A DNA stretch of 62,149 nt, filler included, from Deltaproteobacteria bacterium (GTDB taxonomy: Bacteria > JAUYMQ01), in NCBI GenBank assembly GCA_030698575.1. It is 11 parts of 11 records of this genome, joined end to end, with 100 filler letters (N's around TTAATTAATTAA, not from the genome) between each part and the next. Parts side by side here need not be neighbours in the genome. Positions count along the whole stretch, not along the records: positions 36,220 to 45,076 come from JAUYMQ010000168.1; positions 45,177 to 48,161 come from JAUYMQ010000173.1; 9 more parts are not named here. One strand, written 5' to 3'. The notes under the pieces are model-generated. The model worked only from the letters and a program-made list of their open reading frames with translations, was not told where the DNA came from and ran no database searches. Both the position numbers and the translations under genes were made by a program. This document shows positions 38,169 to 48,261 of the stretch, piece after piece (within the stretch, counting starts at the first letter, position 1; each line of letters opens with the position of its first letter).

Positions 38169-39131
38169 TCAACTAGGATCATTCCCGTAAAGCCAGCGCC
38201 AATCATCCCAGTACCGGCTCCACCGGGTGTAGACCTTGAACTTCCCGATCTCGGTGTCGAAGTCCTTGACTGCACCGAACTCGGGAGCTATACGGTCATA
38301 CCAGACGAGGGACGACTTCGCCCGCGCCGAGTCGAGCATGAACCAGGCGTTGGAATCCGTGAGGAAATCCCAGATGACCACGTTCAACCTGCCTTTCAGC
38401 GGGTTGATCGCGTTCTCACCCGACTCGGGATCGAGCGTGGAGTTGATTATCTCCAGCGCAGTCCACTCCAGCTCCGGGGGAACCAGGAGAGTGTTCGGGT
38501 TGACGACGACGATCTCCTCCTTGTCATCGGTGAATGCCCGCATGTTCTGGATGGTGGTGCGGACCCCCGAAACGGCGAGAGCATTAGTGCCCTCGTTTTC
38601 CTGGGTGGTACCGGTGTTCGACGGCGAGAGCGGGTGGGCAGTGGAGCAAAGCGCCACATCATCCGCGCCCACGCGGTTGAATCCCTCGTCATCGAACGCG
38701 TCGGCGGTTTCGGCGTTGAACGCGTCGATGAACACGTTCGCGGCCGACTTCTCACGCTTCTGGCCGAGCGCGAGGGCCAGCTTCTCGACCCTCCCCGTCA
38801 CGTCGCGGGGGATACCCGCTCCGGGATAGAGATTGTCATCGATCAGCTTGCGACGGACCTGCACACCGCCAGCGAACTCATGGTGCTCGAATTCCGTCTT
38901 GTAGTTCTTGTCGAACTCGCCATACTGCACACGTCCCGACTCCTCAAAATTGAAGTGGTCCGTGCCAAGCGACCCGACCCCCAGGTGCGTCTCCTTGTTC
39001 ATGCGAGAAGACTGCACACCGAAAATCTGAGTGCGCTTGTAGAGCTGCTCGATGTTCGAGAGCTGAAGATGGAAAACCTTCCTCAGTCCCGGCTCCAGCA
39101 GCTCTGCCCAGTTCTCAGAGATCATAGCCAT
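38169..39131 (-). CDS. major capsid protein (Mu gpT-like HK97 fold)
   Basis: LLEPGLRK N-terminus, LCSTAHP, PNTLLVPPELE..A..I, AWFMLD, DWRWLYG. Confidence 0.85.
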   Translation of the reverse strand: MAMISENWAELLEPGLRKVFHLQLSNIEQLYKRTQIFGVQSSRMNKETHLGVGSLGTDHFNFEESGRVQYGEFDKNYKTEFEHHEFAGGVQVRRKLIDDNLYPGAGIPRDVTGRVEKLALALGQKREKSAANVFIDAFNAETADAFDDEGFNRVGADDVALCSTAHPLSPSNTGTTQENEGTNALAVSGVRTTIQNMRAFTDDKEEIVVVNPNTLLVPPELEWTALEIINSTLDPESGENAINPLKGRLNVVIWDFLTDSNAWFMLDSARAKSSLVWYDRIAPEFGAVKDFDTEIGKFKVYTRWSRYWDDWRWLYGNDPS

Positions 39132-39145
39132 TGCTCATCACCCCT

Positions 39146-39562
39146 TTACTGAGCCACGTTGTTGTGGTGCTTGCCGACGTTGAAGCGGACCAGGGTCGGC
39201 TCGGTAGCCGACGAGGCCGCAACCACGACAAACTCTTTTTTACTGGAGGTCGCGATTTTCTGTTCCCCGGTAGTACCGGCGATGTCCAGAGTCGCCCCCT
39301 TCACGCGGGCGCTTTCATCGCTGACCGCGTACACAGCATCGGCGTCCGTGATGACCTGAATCTTCGTGGTGGAGTCGGTCCCTACGACCGTCTCCAGGCA
39401 AACACCGAGCAGATTGGCGTCTTCAGAGGCAGCGAGGTCAACCTCGCCCGTCTCCAGATTCGCCATGTCGCCCTTGGTCAGGGTCTCGGTGTCTTTGAAG
39501 GTCAGGTCCTCTATCGTCGGCGCACCGCCAGACAGGCGATACCGGAATGAGAATCCGGCCAT
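39146..39562 (-). CDS. capsid cement/decoration protein
   Basis: 138-aa beta-rich ORF between scaffold and MCP. Confidence 0.6.
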   Translation of the reverse strand: MAGFSFRYRLSGGAPTIEDLTFKDTETLTKGDMANLETGEVDLAASEDANLLGVCLETVVGTDSTTKIQVITDADAVYAVSDESARVKGATLDIAGTTGEQKIATSSKKEFVVVAASSATEPTLVRFNVGKHHNNVAQ

Positions 39563-39613
39563 AATTGGCTCTCCTTTACTTCTCGGGGAGCCGGTGGCAA
39601 AACCGCAGTGCGG

Positions 39614-40258
39614 TTACTCCTTAGGTTTACTTACGTCAGGAATATCGGACTTGTTTGTCCAAGCCGCGTATTCCTCGGGCTTCATCCCGAACATCTGCGC
39701 CATCTGCGCTTGCTCGGCCGTGAGCGAGGCTCTTGCCTGCTCGCCCCCGGACCCGCCGTCCACGCTCGGCGCGGAGGGCTTGCCCTTCAGGTACGGCTTC
39801 TCCTCCAGGAGGGCCTTCAGCGCGTCCTCGACGCCTTTGGGCTTCCCGCCCTCATACTCGATTCGATCCTTGAGAAAGGTGACCGCGGCATCGGAGTCAA
39901 CCACACTGACCTTGGCGCGGGTGACCGCTCGCAACAGCCGAGCCTCCTTCAGCTCGTCGTCTGCTGCCGTGACCTTCCCCTCCATCTCAGAGACGCGCTT
40001 CTCAAGCCGCTCTTTCTCGGAGAGGTCCTTTTCCTTGATCTTGTCGAACTCGGCCTTCACATCGCGTAGCTCGCGGACTTCCGCCTTGAGCTTGTTCTCA
40101 GCCTCTCGCTGAGTGCGAATTGTGGCCAGCGCCCGGTCCTTGTCGAACTCCTTGTCCGCGGGATCGGGCTCTTTTTTCTCGGGAGTCTTCTCCACCACGT
40201 CGGCCTCGGCGGCTTTCGCCACCTCAGCTTTCTCAGTGTCGGTTTTCTCGGGAGGCAC
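39614..40258 (-). CDS. phage scaffolding protein
   Basis: E/K-rich coiled coil (KEKDLSEKERLEK), LLEEKPYL, C-terminal GMKPEEYA; upstream of the MCP. Confidence 0.8.
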   Translation of the reverse strand: MPPEKTDTEKAEVAKAAEADVVEKTPEKKEPDPADKEFDKDRALATIRTQREAENKLKAEVRELRDVKAEFDKIKEKDLSEKERLEKRVSEMEGKVTAADDELKEARLLRAVTRAKVSVVDSDAAVTFLKDRIEYEGGKPKGVEDALKALLEEKPYLKGKPSAPSVDGGSGGEQARASLTAEQAQMAQMFGMKPEEYAAWTNKSDIPDVSKPKE

Positions 40259-40318
40259 CTTGTGCCCTCCTTTCGTCCGCGCCTTGGCGGAGTAGTGAAC
40301 GGGATAAGATCGAGGCCG

Positions 40319-41131
40319 CTAGCGCAGGGCCTTCAGCGTCTTCTGGGTGATACAGTCATCGCCCTGAGCCTGCGGAGAAGTGCCGATCAATTCTCGGAGT
40401 GAGATCGCGCCGGAGCGAACCAGCTCGGCGGCCTCGGGGCCGACCGCCGCGTCTTGTTCCTGCTGGCTCATCGCGGCGAACAGGGCGGCCCCCGTGGGGC
40501 GTGGGAAGCGGTCGCGGACGCCACGGACGCGGGGTTCCACGACGCACTGGCAGTTTTCGTGTTTCGGGAAAAGCAACCCCCCGCTCGGCCCCGTCGCAGC
40601 CCCGAGGCACGCGCCACACGTACCACGTACTGCTCGCTGCCAGCCCTCGAAGCGATCATCGGCGTCGACCGACCGCAACAGCGAATCCGTGGCAGCGTGG
40701 TCGATCTCCAACCAGAGAATCCGCAGAGCGCGGTTCTGGCCTGCGCGCAGCGCCCGCTGCATCCCCTGGCCCTGTTTCAACGCGGCCTTCACGGCGATCA
40801 GTGGGGAAGCGAGAGCGTCGGTCAACGTCCTGCCGTCCCGAGAACGCCCGACGTAGGCGCTGAGGGGCGACTTGAGAGCTGTCGCCTGCTCGCCTAGCTC
40901 CGCAGTCAGGAATGCGCTGCCGTAGCCCGCGGACGCCACCGCAGCCTGCCCCTGGGCCGCACTGAGGGTGGCCAGGGTCACGACCCTCCAGGCGAAATAG
41001 GAACCGTCGAGGTCGGCGGGGTCGAGGCGGGTCCAGTTGACTCGGGCGAGCCCGGCGACCGCACCGTGAATCGAGTTCAGGCGCTCGCGGTAGCTATCGG
41101 TGAGGGCGAAGCTGAGGCGATTGGCCGGCAT
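40319..41131 (-). CDS. phage minor head/capsid maturation (MuF-like) protein
   Basis: GWQR...CGAC...HENCQC motif; follows the portal. Confidence 0.7.
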   Translation of the reverse strand: MPANRLSFALTDSYRERLNSIHGAVAGLARVNWTRLDPADLDGSYFAWRVVTLATLSAAQGQAAVASAGYGSAFLTAELGEQATALKSPLSAYVGRSRDGRTLTDALASPLIAVKAALKQGQGMQRALRAGQNRALRILWLEIDHAATDSLLRSVDADDRFEGWQRAVRGTCGACLGAATGPSGGLLFPKHENCQCVVEPRVRGVRDRFPRPTGAALFAAMSQQEQDAAVGPEAAELVRSGAISLRELIGTSPQAQGDDCITQKTLKALR

Positions 41132-41166
41132 GGCCAGCCGTCAGCAGTCGCCGATGGCCGGGACGC

Positions 41167-42645
41167 TCATTTGGCGACCCGGTTGCGCGGTTTCTGCGCC
41201 GGCTGCTCGCCGCCTCCGGCCTCCTCGGAGCGCGTCGGTGCCTGCTGCATCTGCTGGGCGCGCTCCAGGAGTTCGTCGGCGACGGCGGGGATCTCGCTCT
41301 CACGCTGCTCCCGCTCTTTCTCGGGGTCGTAACCCAGCTCGGCGAGCAGGGTGTCCGTGGAGACGCCGAGCGTCTGCTTGAGGACCGCGACATTGGCCTC
41401 ATCGACCTCGTTGCGGGTCTCGACATCCTCCCAGCGCGTGTCGAGGGAGGCATCTTCGCTCACGGCCCGAGAGTTGTCGAAGGCGTTCGTGACCCGCGCT
41501 GCGATCAGTACCACGTCCTCGTAGCGGTTGCCCATCTCGGTCTGAGAGTCGCGCCCCTCTCGGACATAGCCGCTCTCCGATGTCTTCAGGGTCTCGCCGC
41601 TCGGCAGTTGCCCGCCCGCGAGCATCTGGTGGAGCGGGGTGTTGGAGCGTGAGGCCATACGCTTGATCTGGGACTCGATGGCCTCGACCACTTTGGTCGG
41701 GTCCGCCGCGGCGAGCTGGCCCACTTTGGCGGTATCGCTCTCGATTTCCCAGAGCGAACCCGGATGACGCTTGACCTGACCTCCGGCGCCGACGCCGGTC
41801 ATCCACTGCTGTGGCCACCCCTGGGCATCCATCACCCAGAACAGATCGACCAGGGACTTGTTCAACGCGTCCTGCTGGGGGATGACCCCGCGCAGCTTTG
41901 AGCAGCCGTGGTGGGGGTTGGGCCGGTCCGCGAAGTGGACTACGGGGATGCCGATCGGCTCGCCGCCGGGCGTCCCATCCATCGTCCAGAAAATGACGTT
42001 GCCCTCGTCTCCCTCTGCCACGTAGGGGAGCCAGGCGCCATCCTCATAGGGCGCATACCACTTTTCTATCTCGGCCGGCCAGTAGACGTTCAGACGGCGG
42101 ATCGCAGCCCCGTCGGGGTTCGAAACCGAGGGCCTGGTGGTGGTCCAGTGCTTCGACGCGTACAGCATCTCGTCAGAGTCATAGACCGCCTTGACCTGGC
42201 CAGGGTGGTTGGGGCAGATCTTCGGCAGCTTGCCCTCGCGGGGCTCCACTATCACGAAGTAGTCGCCGAGCTTCACCGCGCCGCGGTGTATCCGCTTCTG
42301 GGTGGCATCCATGCGATTCTCGCGCCACAGTTCGCGAGCGAACTCCCGCATCCCCTGGTCGTCGGAATCGAAGCCTCGCACCGCTAGGGCGTCTGCCTTG
42401 CTGTCCACGATCACGTCGCAGAAGTTCTCGGCGAACCGGAGGCCCGAAGCCTCAAGGTACTCTCGGGCGCGCGCGCTCAGCTGGACCTTATGCTCGCCGC
42501 CGTAGTAATCCTCGAACCGCTGGTAGCAGGCAAGGCGCTCGCTGCCCATGTCCGCGGCGGCCTTGAGGAACGCCTGCTCCGCCGTGGAATCGGAGCGTCG
42601 GCGGAATATGGTGCTGAGCCGGTTGGCGAAGTTGTCAAGCGCCAC
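41167..42645 (-). CDS. phage portal protein (SPP1 gp6-like)
   Basis: YYGGEH, NFCDVIVD, IPVVHF, IPQQDALNK, PSGETLK; directly after TerL. Confidence 0.88.
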   Translation of the reverse strand: MALDNFANRLSTIFRRRSDSTAEQAFLKAAADMGSERLACYQRFEDYYGGEHKVQLSARAREYLEASGLRFAENFCDVIVDSKADALAVRGFDSDDQGMREFARELWRENRMDATQKRIHRGAVKLGDYFVIVEPREGKLPKICPNHPGQVKAVYDSDEMLYASKHWTTTRPSVSNPDGAAIRRLNVYWPAEIEKWYAPYEDGAWLPYVAEGDEGNVIFWTMDGTPGGEPIGIPVVHFADRPNPHHGCSKLRGVIPQQDALNKSLVDLFWVMDAQGWPQQWMTGVGAGGQVKRHPGSLWEIESDTAKVGQLAAADPTKVVEAIESQIKRMASRSNTPLHQMLAGGQLPSGETLKTSESGYVREGRDSQTEMGNRYEDVVLIAARVTNAFDNSRAVSEDASLDTRWEDVETRNEVDEANVAVLKQTLGVSTDTLLAELGYDPEKEREQRESEIPAVADELLERAQQMQQAPTRSEEAGGGEQPAQKPRNRVAK

Positions 42646-42664
42646 TCGTGATCCTTTCTACGTT

Positions 42665-44416
42665 CTACGTGTCCCTGGCGGAGTCCGAACCTCCGCGCCC
42701 TCGGTCCTCTGCGTCTATGTGGCGATCCTCGGTGGACCACTCGCCGGCTACCCATTTACCGGGGCCTTCCCCCGGTCTGCGGCTGTGCTCGGCGCGGAGG
42801 TCGGTGTGCTTGACCTCGCGCGAGGGCCGAGTGGCGGCGTTGGCGGCGATCGCATCTCCCCACGCCTCCCAGGAGATGACGGCGGCTGCTGCGCCGTCGA
42901 TCTTGCGGGGAGAGTCGGGGCGGTCCTTGCCGATGACGTGGAGGGGTTTTCCTTCGTCGTCTTTCGGGTTGATGGGCCACCGAACGGCGTTCTTGATGTG
43001 GCGGGCGAGGGTCTCGTTGCCATCGTGGGTCAGGGCTTCGGAGGCGATTGCGTCGGTGAAGTTGGCGACTGCGATCCCGGTCTGGGTCGGCCGGTACATC
43101 TCAAAGGGCTTAACCCGTTTCTCGCCCCAGCGCCCCTGCCACTTCTCCATCAGCGGGTAGATGTTGCCGCTAGAGGACCCAGGGTCGATGTAGATGCGCC
43201 AGATTTCGAAGTGGGCGTCGGCATCGACCATGACTCCGTCGACCTCATCCATCGGGTGTTCGTAGTCCTCGGCTGCGTTTTTAGGTCGCTCCCAGACGCC
43301 GAGAGTGAACTGGTGCCCGGTGGACACCTCGGTCCCGACGACCGCCAAAGCGTCGATGAACCGCGCTCCGTCGACGCCAACGACGATCAGGGAATCGGGC
43401 TCAACTCGGTAGTCGGGCTTGGCGAGATCGTCCCAGATTTCGCCGTTGAAGGCCTTGGCCTCCGCGGCTTCCTTGCGGTTGAGGAAGTAGCGCTCCGCCT
43501 GCGCGGGGTCGCGCTTGAGCAGCGCAAGGATCTCGGCATCTATCCGGTCGAGGTTGATCCAGGGTTTGATGCCGCCCTTCTTGCCATCCCGCGTCCCCGA
43601 GTAGGAGTCGCCGTAGACGATCCGCAGTGCTCGACGGCGCTCGGGCTTGCTGCGGATCGAAAGGCTTTCGGGCGGGTCTACGTCATCTATGTAGACGCCG
43701 TCGCGCTCGTTCTCGGCGGTCCACTGGGCGACGGAGTTCTCGGTCGGGTCCCAGGCGTTGCCAGTGGCCATCCACCGCCCACCCATGCCGGCGATGTTGC
43801 GCCGTTGGTTGTCGGCCGTTTCGCGAAGCGCCTTGGTAACCCAGGACTGGACCTCGTCCTGAAGCAAGAAGATGATTGGGGCGCCGAGGCGGGAGCGAGC
43901 CGAGGCCGAGGTCGGCGTAATCTCGCCTCCGCCCGGGAGCTTGACCCGCGTCTCGCCGGCGTCATCGATGACTTGGCCGATGCGCCCCAGCCGGATCATC
44001 GGGAGCAGGGCCTTCCAGACGTTGTCGGCCTGAGTTTCGGAGGAGGCTGTGATCTGGATGCGCGGGGTGCGCCAGGGATACCCGACCGGCTCGCCGTTCT
44101 CGTCCCATTCCTTGAAGCGAACCGGGCCGGCGGCGTGGGCGCAGACCAGGGCCGCGGCGAACGGACCCTTGCCCCACTTCTGCGGGCGGGTGAGCTGGCT
44201 GCCCCTGATGTAGAAGAACTCGCCTGTCTTGGGGTCGAGGCGGAAGAACTCCAGCAGGAACCGAAGCATCTCGTCAGTAAGGAGGTAGGGCTCACCGACT
44301 CGGTCGCCGTCCGGGATTGCGCAACGCTGCTCAATCCAGTCGGCGACTTGGTAGCCGAGCGTCGGGTATTCGCCCGGGACCCGTGGGCCGCGCCACCCCT
44401 TCTTAGGCGACGGCAC
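42665..44416 (-). CDS. terL: phage terminase large subunit
   Basis: PTLGYQVADWIE N-terminus, Walker A RPQKWGKG, Walker B LLQDE, nuclease VGVDGA...KIDGAAA. Confidence 0.92.
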   Translation of the reverse strand: MPSPKKGWRGPRVPGEYPTLGYQVADWIEQRCAIPDGDRVGEPYLLTDEMLRFLLEFFRLDPKTGEFFYIRGSQLTRPQKWGKGPFAAALVCAHAAGPVRFKEWDENGEPVGYPWRTPRIQITASSETQADNVWKALLPMIRLGRIGQVIDDAGETRVKLPGGGEITPTSASARSRLGAPIIFLLQDEVQSWVTKALRETADNQRRNIAGMGGRWMATGNAWDPTENSVAQWTAENERDGVYIDDVDPPESLSIRSKPERRRALRIVYGDSYSGTRDGKKGGIKPWINLDRIDAEILALLKRDPAQAERYFLNRKEAAEAKAFNGEIWDDLAKPDYRVEPDSLIVVGVDGARFIDALAVVGTEVSTGHQFTLGVWERPKNAAEDYEHPMDEVDGVMVDADAHFEIWRIYIDPGSSSGNIYPLMEKWQGRWGEKRVKPFEMYRPTQTGIAVANFTDAIASEALTHDGNETLARHIKNAVRWPINPKDDEGKPLHVIGKDRPDSPRKIDGAAAAVISWEAWGDAIAANAATRPSREVKHTDLRAEHSRRPGEGPGKWVAGEWSTEDRHIDAEDRGRGGSDSARDT

Positions 44417-44936
44417 CGGCAGCTACCGGTCGCAAATGGCGAACTGTCGCCGTGGGAGTCCCGCTGGCCCGACTTTCGTCCTCCTCAGACTCCACGATGG
44501 TCCAGCGAAGCTCGGCGAGCGCCTTCGGGTCAAGCCCCAGCCGTTTATCCAGCTCGCGCATCTCTTTCTCGACGGCGAGCTTCCCGCAGGCGGCCTTCTT
44601 CAGGGTGGCGAGGGCGTACTCGACCCGCTTGATCGCCTCACCATCGGCGCCCGCGAGCAGGTCAGCCAGGTCCAGATCGCCGTCGAGATCCAGCGCCGCA
44701 AGATCGTCCTCCAGCTGGGCACGCCGCGAGGCCGCGTAGACAGCGCCGTCATCCCACGCGGCCGCCTGCGGGAGAGACCAGGCCCAGCGCCACCATGACT
44801 CGCCCTCGGCACCCAGACCGTAGGCCGGGTCCGGCACTTCGCCGTCGTACCCTCCGGCCGGGAGCTTCGTGGTCGGGATCGTCGGCTTGTTCCGGCGCAG
44901 CGCGTCCGGGTCGGGCAGCGGGCCTTTACCGGCCAC
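44403..44936 (-). CDS. phage terminase small subunit
   Basis: GKGPLPDP..RRN N-terminus, WW...PQA..W, EMR..DKRLGL.P....LRW; overlaps the TerL start. Confidence 0.8.
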   Translation of the reverse strand: MAGKGPLPDPDALRRNKPTIPTTKLPAGGYDGEVPDPAYGLGAEGESWWRWAWSLPQAAAWDDGAVYAASRRAQLEDDLAALDLDGDLDLADLLAGADGEAIKRVEYALATLKKAACGKLAVEKEMRELDKRLGLDPKALAELRWTIVESEEDESRASGTPTATVRHLRPVAAGAVA

Positions 44937-45008
44937 CGAGCACCACCACGTCACATAACGGCGGGAAGCGCATCACATAACGATGGAGGGGGGTGTCACA
45001 AGGTCCCC

Positions 45009-45048
45009 TTTGGCTTGCTAGAGCCGTTTTTGGCTTGCTAGAGCCGTT
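45009..45048. repeat. tandem direct repeat, 2 x 20 bp, upstream of terS
   Basis: TTTGGCTTGCTAGAGCCGTT repeated twice. Confidence 0.85.
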
Positions 45049-45176
45049 TCCAGACCCGTACATAAAAAAGCTCGCCNNNNNNNNNNNNNNNNNNNNNNNN
45101 NNNNNNNNNNNNNNNNNNNNTTAATTAATTAANNNNNNNNNNNNNNNNNNNNNNNNNNNNNNNNNNNNNNNNNNNN

Positions 45177-48161
45177 GACGCCCGTCGGCTGTCGTCCCGC
45201 CGACCAAACGGCGCCGCTCTCCTCGTCACGTATGTAGATCCAGAGCCCGTGGTCGTCCCGGGTCGCATCGGGCAGCCAACGGGTGAGCGCATGATCGTGC
45301 CAGCGCAATGCTCCGGCGCCCGCTTCGGAGATCCAGGTGGAGAGGCGACCGTTACCGAGCGCGTGCACCTGCGGAAAGCTTTCTGATCCAACAGGGATCC
45401 AGGGCACCGGCGCGGGCACGACCGGTTGGCGCGGAGCGGGCTCCCGACGTTCCTCGGTGCGAATGAGTTCCTCGGGAAGCTCACGCGGAATTCGTTCATC
45501 AAGAAGGAGTTCAACCGCGCGAATCCGGCGGTCTGCGTGGAACCGACGCACCAGCGCGTCGCCGTGCAACGCGTTCCCGATGGCCGCGAGGATCATTCCC
45601 TGATGATGGGCCATGTAGGAGCGGACCGGCGAGAACCGCTGGCCCTCCGGTACCCGCTCGGGCGTGAAGTCCGCCGCCTCGAATAGACCATAGAGACCGC
45701 TGAGGCCCAGGCTCTCCAGCTCGCGCAGATTCTGGATGGACGCCTTGGCGTGGATCGGCAGCGCCAGGGCGGTGGCATAGGGAGCCACGACGAGATCGCG
45801 CGAGAGGCCGCGATGGATACCGAGTTCTGGGACCCCGAAGGCCCGGTAGGCGTAGTGCCCGTCCGGCCCGAAGGAGGCAAACCCCGACTCGGACATCCCC
45901 CATGGAATCCCCAGCTTCTCTGCGCGACGGCGTTGGGCCTCCACGGCCGCGCGCTCGCTCTGGGCGAGAAGCGTTCCCGGATGGCTTCGAAGCAGGAGTG
46001 ACGGCATGAGGTACTCGAACATCGAGCCGCCCCAGGAGAGCAGAGAAAGCCTTCCCCCGGCCTTGGTGATGGGGCGGCCAAGGAAGAACCAGTGGGCGAG
46101 CGGGGCGTCTCCCTTCGCGATCGCGAAAAAGCTCGCGAGCCGAGCTTCGGTTGCGAGGAAATCGTAGTGATGGGGATCAAGCCGATCCGCGCTGACGTTG
46201 TAGCCGATGTGGAAAAGCCGCGACTCCTCATCGAAGAGGAACCGGAAATCCATGGCCAGGGCCAGCGACTCCGCCCTTTCCGCGGCATCCAGCAAGCTTC
46301 CATGCAGCTCGCGGGCAGCCACGGCCCCCCTCTCGATGGCGGCATCCAGCGCCTCGATCCATGCCTGCGCCGGACCATCTTCCCCTCCCGCCAGTGCGGC
46401 GTGAGCGCACAGCTCCCGGGCACGATGACACCGCTCCTCAGTCTCTTTCAGTCCGAGGGTGGGCGGGAGGAGGGTGGCAAGGCTGCGAGCCAGACCCTCG
46501 CAACCGGCCGGAGGCGCCTCTGTAAGCGCGATCCACGGAACAAGCGTTTCGAATTCACGCTGCATGCCGCGCAGGTGGTGGTGAATCCGCTCCAGCCAGG
46601 TGCGGATCTCGCTCAGGGCTTCGGGCCGTGAGCTGCCGGGCAGCGCGATGGCCGCCATGAGCATCCGATCAAGCTCGGGGCAGTCGTGCTCACAGAGCCG
46701 GGTCAGTGTTGCCTGCCACACCGGCGGGTCCTCCCGCGCCTTGGAAACCTGCTTTGCGATGGCCGCCACGCGCGCACGAGGTGCTTCGCCCTCACTGCTC
46801 ACCGGCGATCGCGCGAGCGCGAGGGTCAACAGGGATAACGCGTCCGCAAGGCCATCCCATAGCTCCCGGCGCAACGCCGGGCTCTCCGCGAGTTCCAGGC
46901 AACCCTCTTTCAGCGTGAGAAGGCTCACGGCGAGGTTTCCGCTGTCGGCCGTCGAGACGTAGCGAGGCTCGAGGGGTTCCTGGGACCGGGTGTCGTACCA
47001 GTTGTAGAGGTGCCCTCGATAGCGCTCAATGCGCTCCAGAGATTCCAGGCTGTTCCGGACTCGCGCGGTAAAATCGGCCGAACCTGCGTATCCAAAATCC
47101 CACGCGGTCAGTGAGGAGAGGAACATCATCCCGATATTGGTTGGTGACGTCCGGTGGGCAATTCCTCTGTCGGGATCCTCCTGAAAGTTATCCGGGGGAA
47201 GCCAATGGTCGTCGGGACCCGTGAAAGTTTCAAAGAAGAACCAGGTGCGACGGGCAATCCGGCGGAGGAAGGCGCGCTCCTCCACGCCCAGGATCTCGGG
47301 GCGGAACTGCCGCGGCCGGCTCATGCGCTCCGCGATCCCGGGCGATGCGAACCAGAGGAGGAGCAGCGGCGCCGCGCAGGGAAGGGCGGACGGCCTTATA
47401 AGGCTGATTGCTATTGTGAGCGCGATTGAAGCGATCGGGCCTGTCCACAACTGGCGCCAGATCAACATCCGCGATCCGGGCCCGGCAATTCGCTCGGTTG
47501 CGTGGGCAGCGGAAGTCCACATGAGAAGATGGCGGTGCGATACGAAAAGCCGCCAGAGCGTTCGAATAATCGCGTCGACTGCGATGGCTGCGTCATGCGG
47601 GAGGAAGACAATCGAGAGAAACCAGCGCCCCGCGTGGTCTACCAGGCGCCGAAGGGTGCCCCGCACGGCCCCGCGCCGACGCCCGCGGGCAAGTCCGGTG
47701 ACGAGGTCGGTGAACAGGTATCCCGCGGGCGCGCACAGGGCGAGGGTCGTCCAGACCCAGGGGCTGCCGGAAAGGGAAAGCCACCCGGCCGCAAGCAATG
47801 CGACCAGCGCGGGAGCCATGAGGCTGCGACGGAGATTATCTACGATTCTCCAGCGATCGAGACGCGAGAGTAGATTCGGGAGGCGGCGTCCGCTCTCGCC
47901 TGGGACCCGATCCGCGAGCCAGGGGAGGATCTGCCAATCGCCGCGCACCCAACGGTGCAATCGCCGGCCAAACTCCGTATATCGTGTAGGGAAGCCCTCA
48001 TAGAGAACGATGTCGCTTGCCAGCGCTGCTCGCCCCTGAAGACCCTCGAAGAGATCGTGGCTTAACAGTGCGTTCTCCGGCACGCGTCCCGAAAGGCTCC
48101 GTTCGAAGGCCTCGGCATCGTAGATGCCCTTGCCGACGTAGATCCCTTCGCCGAAGAGATC
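45177..48161 (-). CDS. cyclic beta-1,2-glucan synthase (Cgs/NdvB-like), internal fragment
   Basis: GKGIYD, LLSHDLFEG, RWVRGDWQ, LPPDNFQE, RTSPTNIG, SWGGSMFEYLMP, PWGMSES, YMAHHQGM; open at both ends. Confidence 0.92.
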
Positions 48162-48261
48162 NNNNNNNNNNNNNNNNNNNNNNNNNNNNNNNNNNNNNNN
48201 NNNNNTTAATTAATTAANNNNNNNNNNNNNNNNNNNNNNNNNNNNNNNNNNNNNNNNNNNN

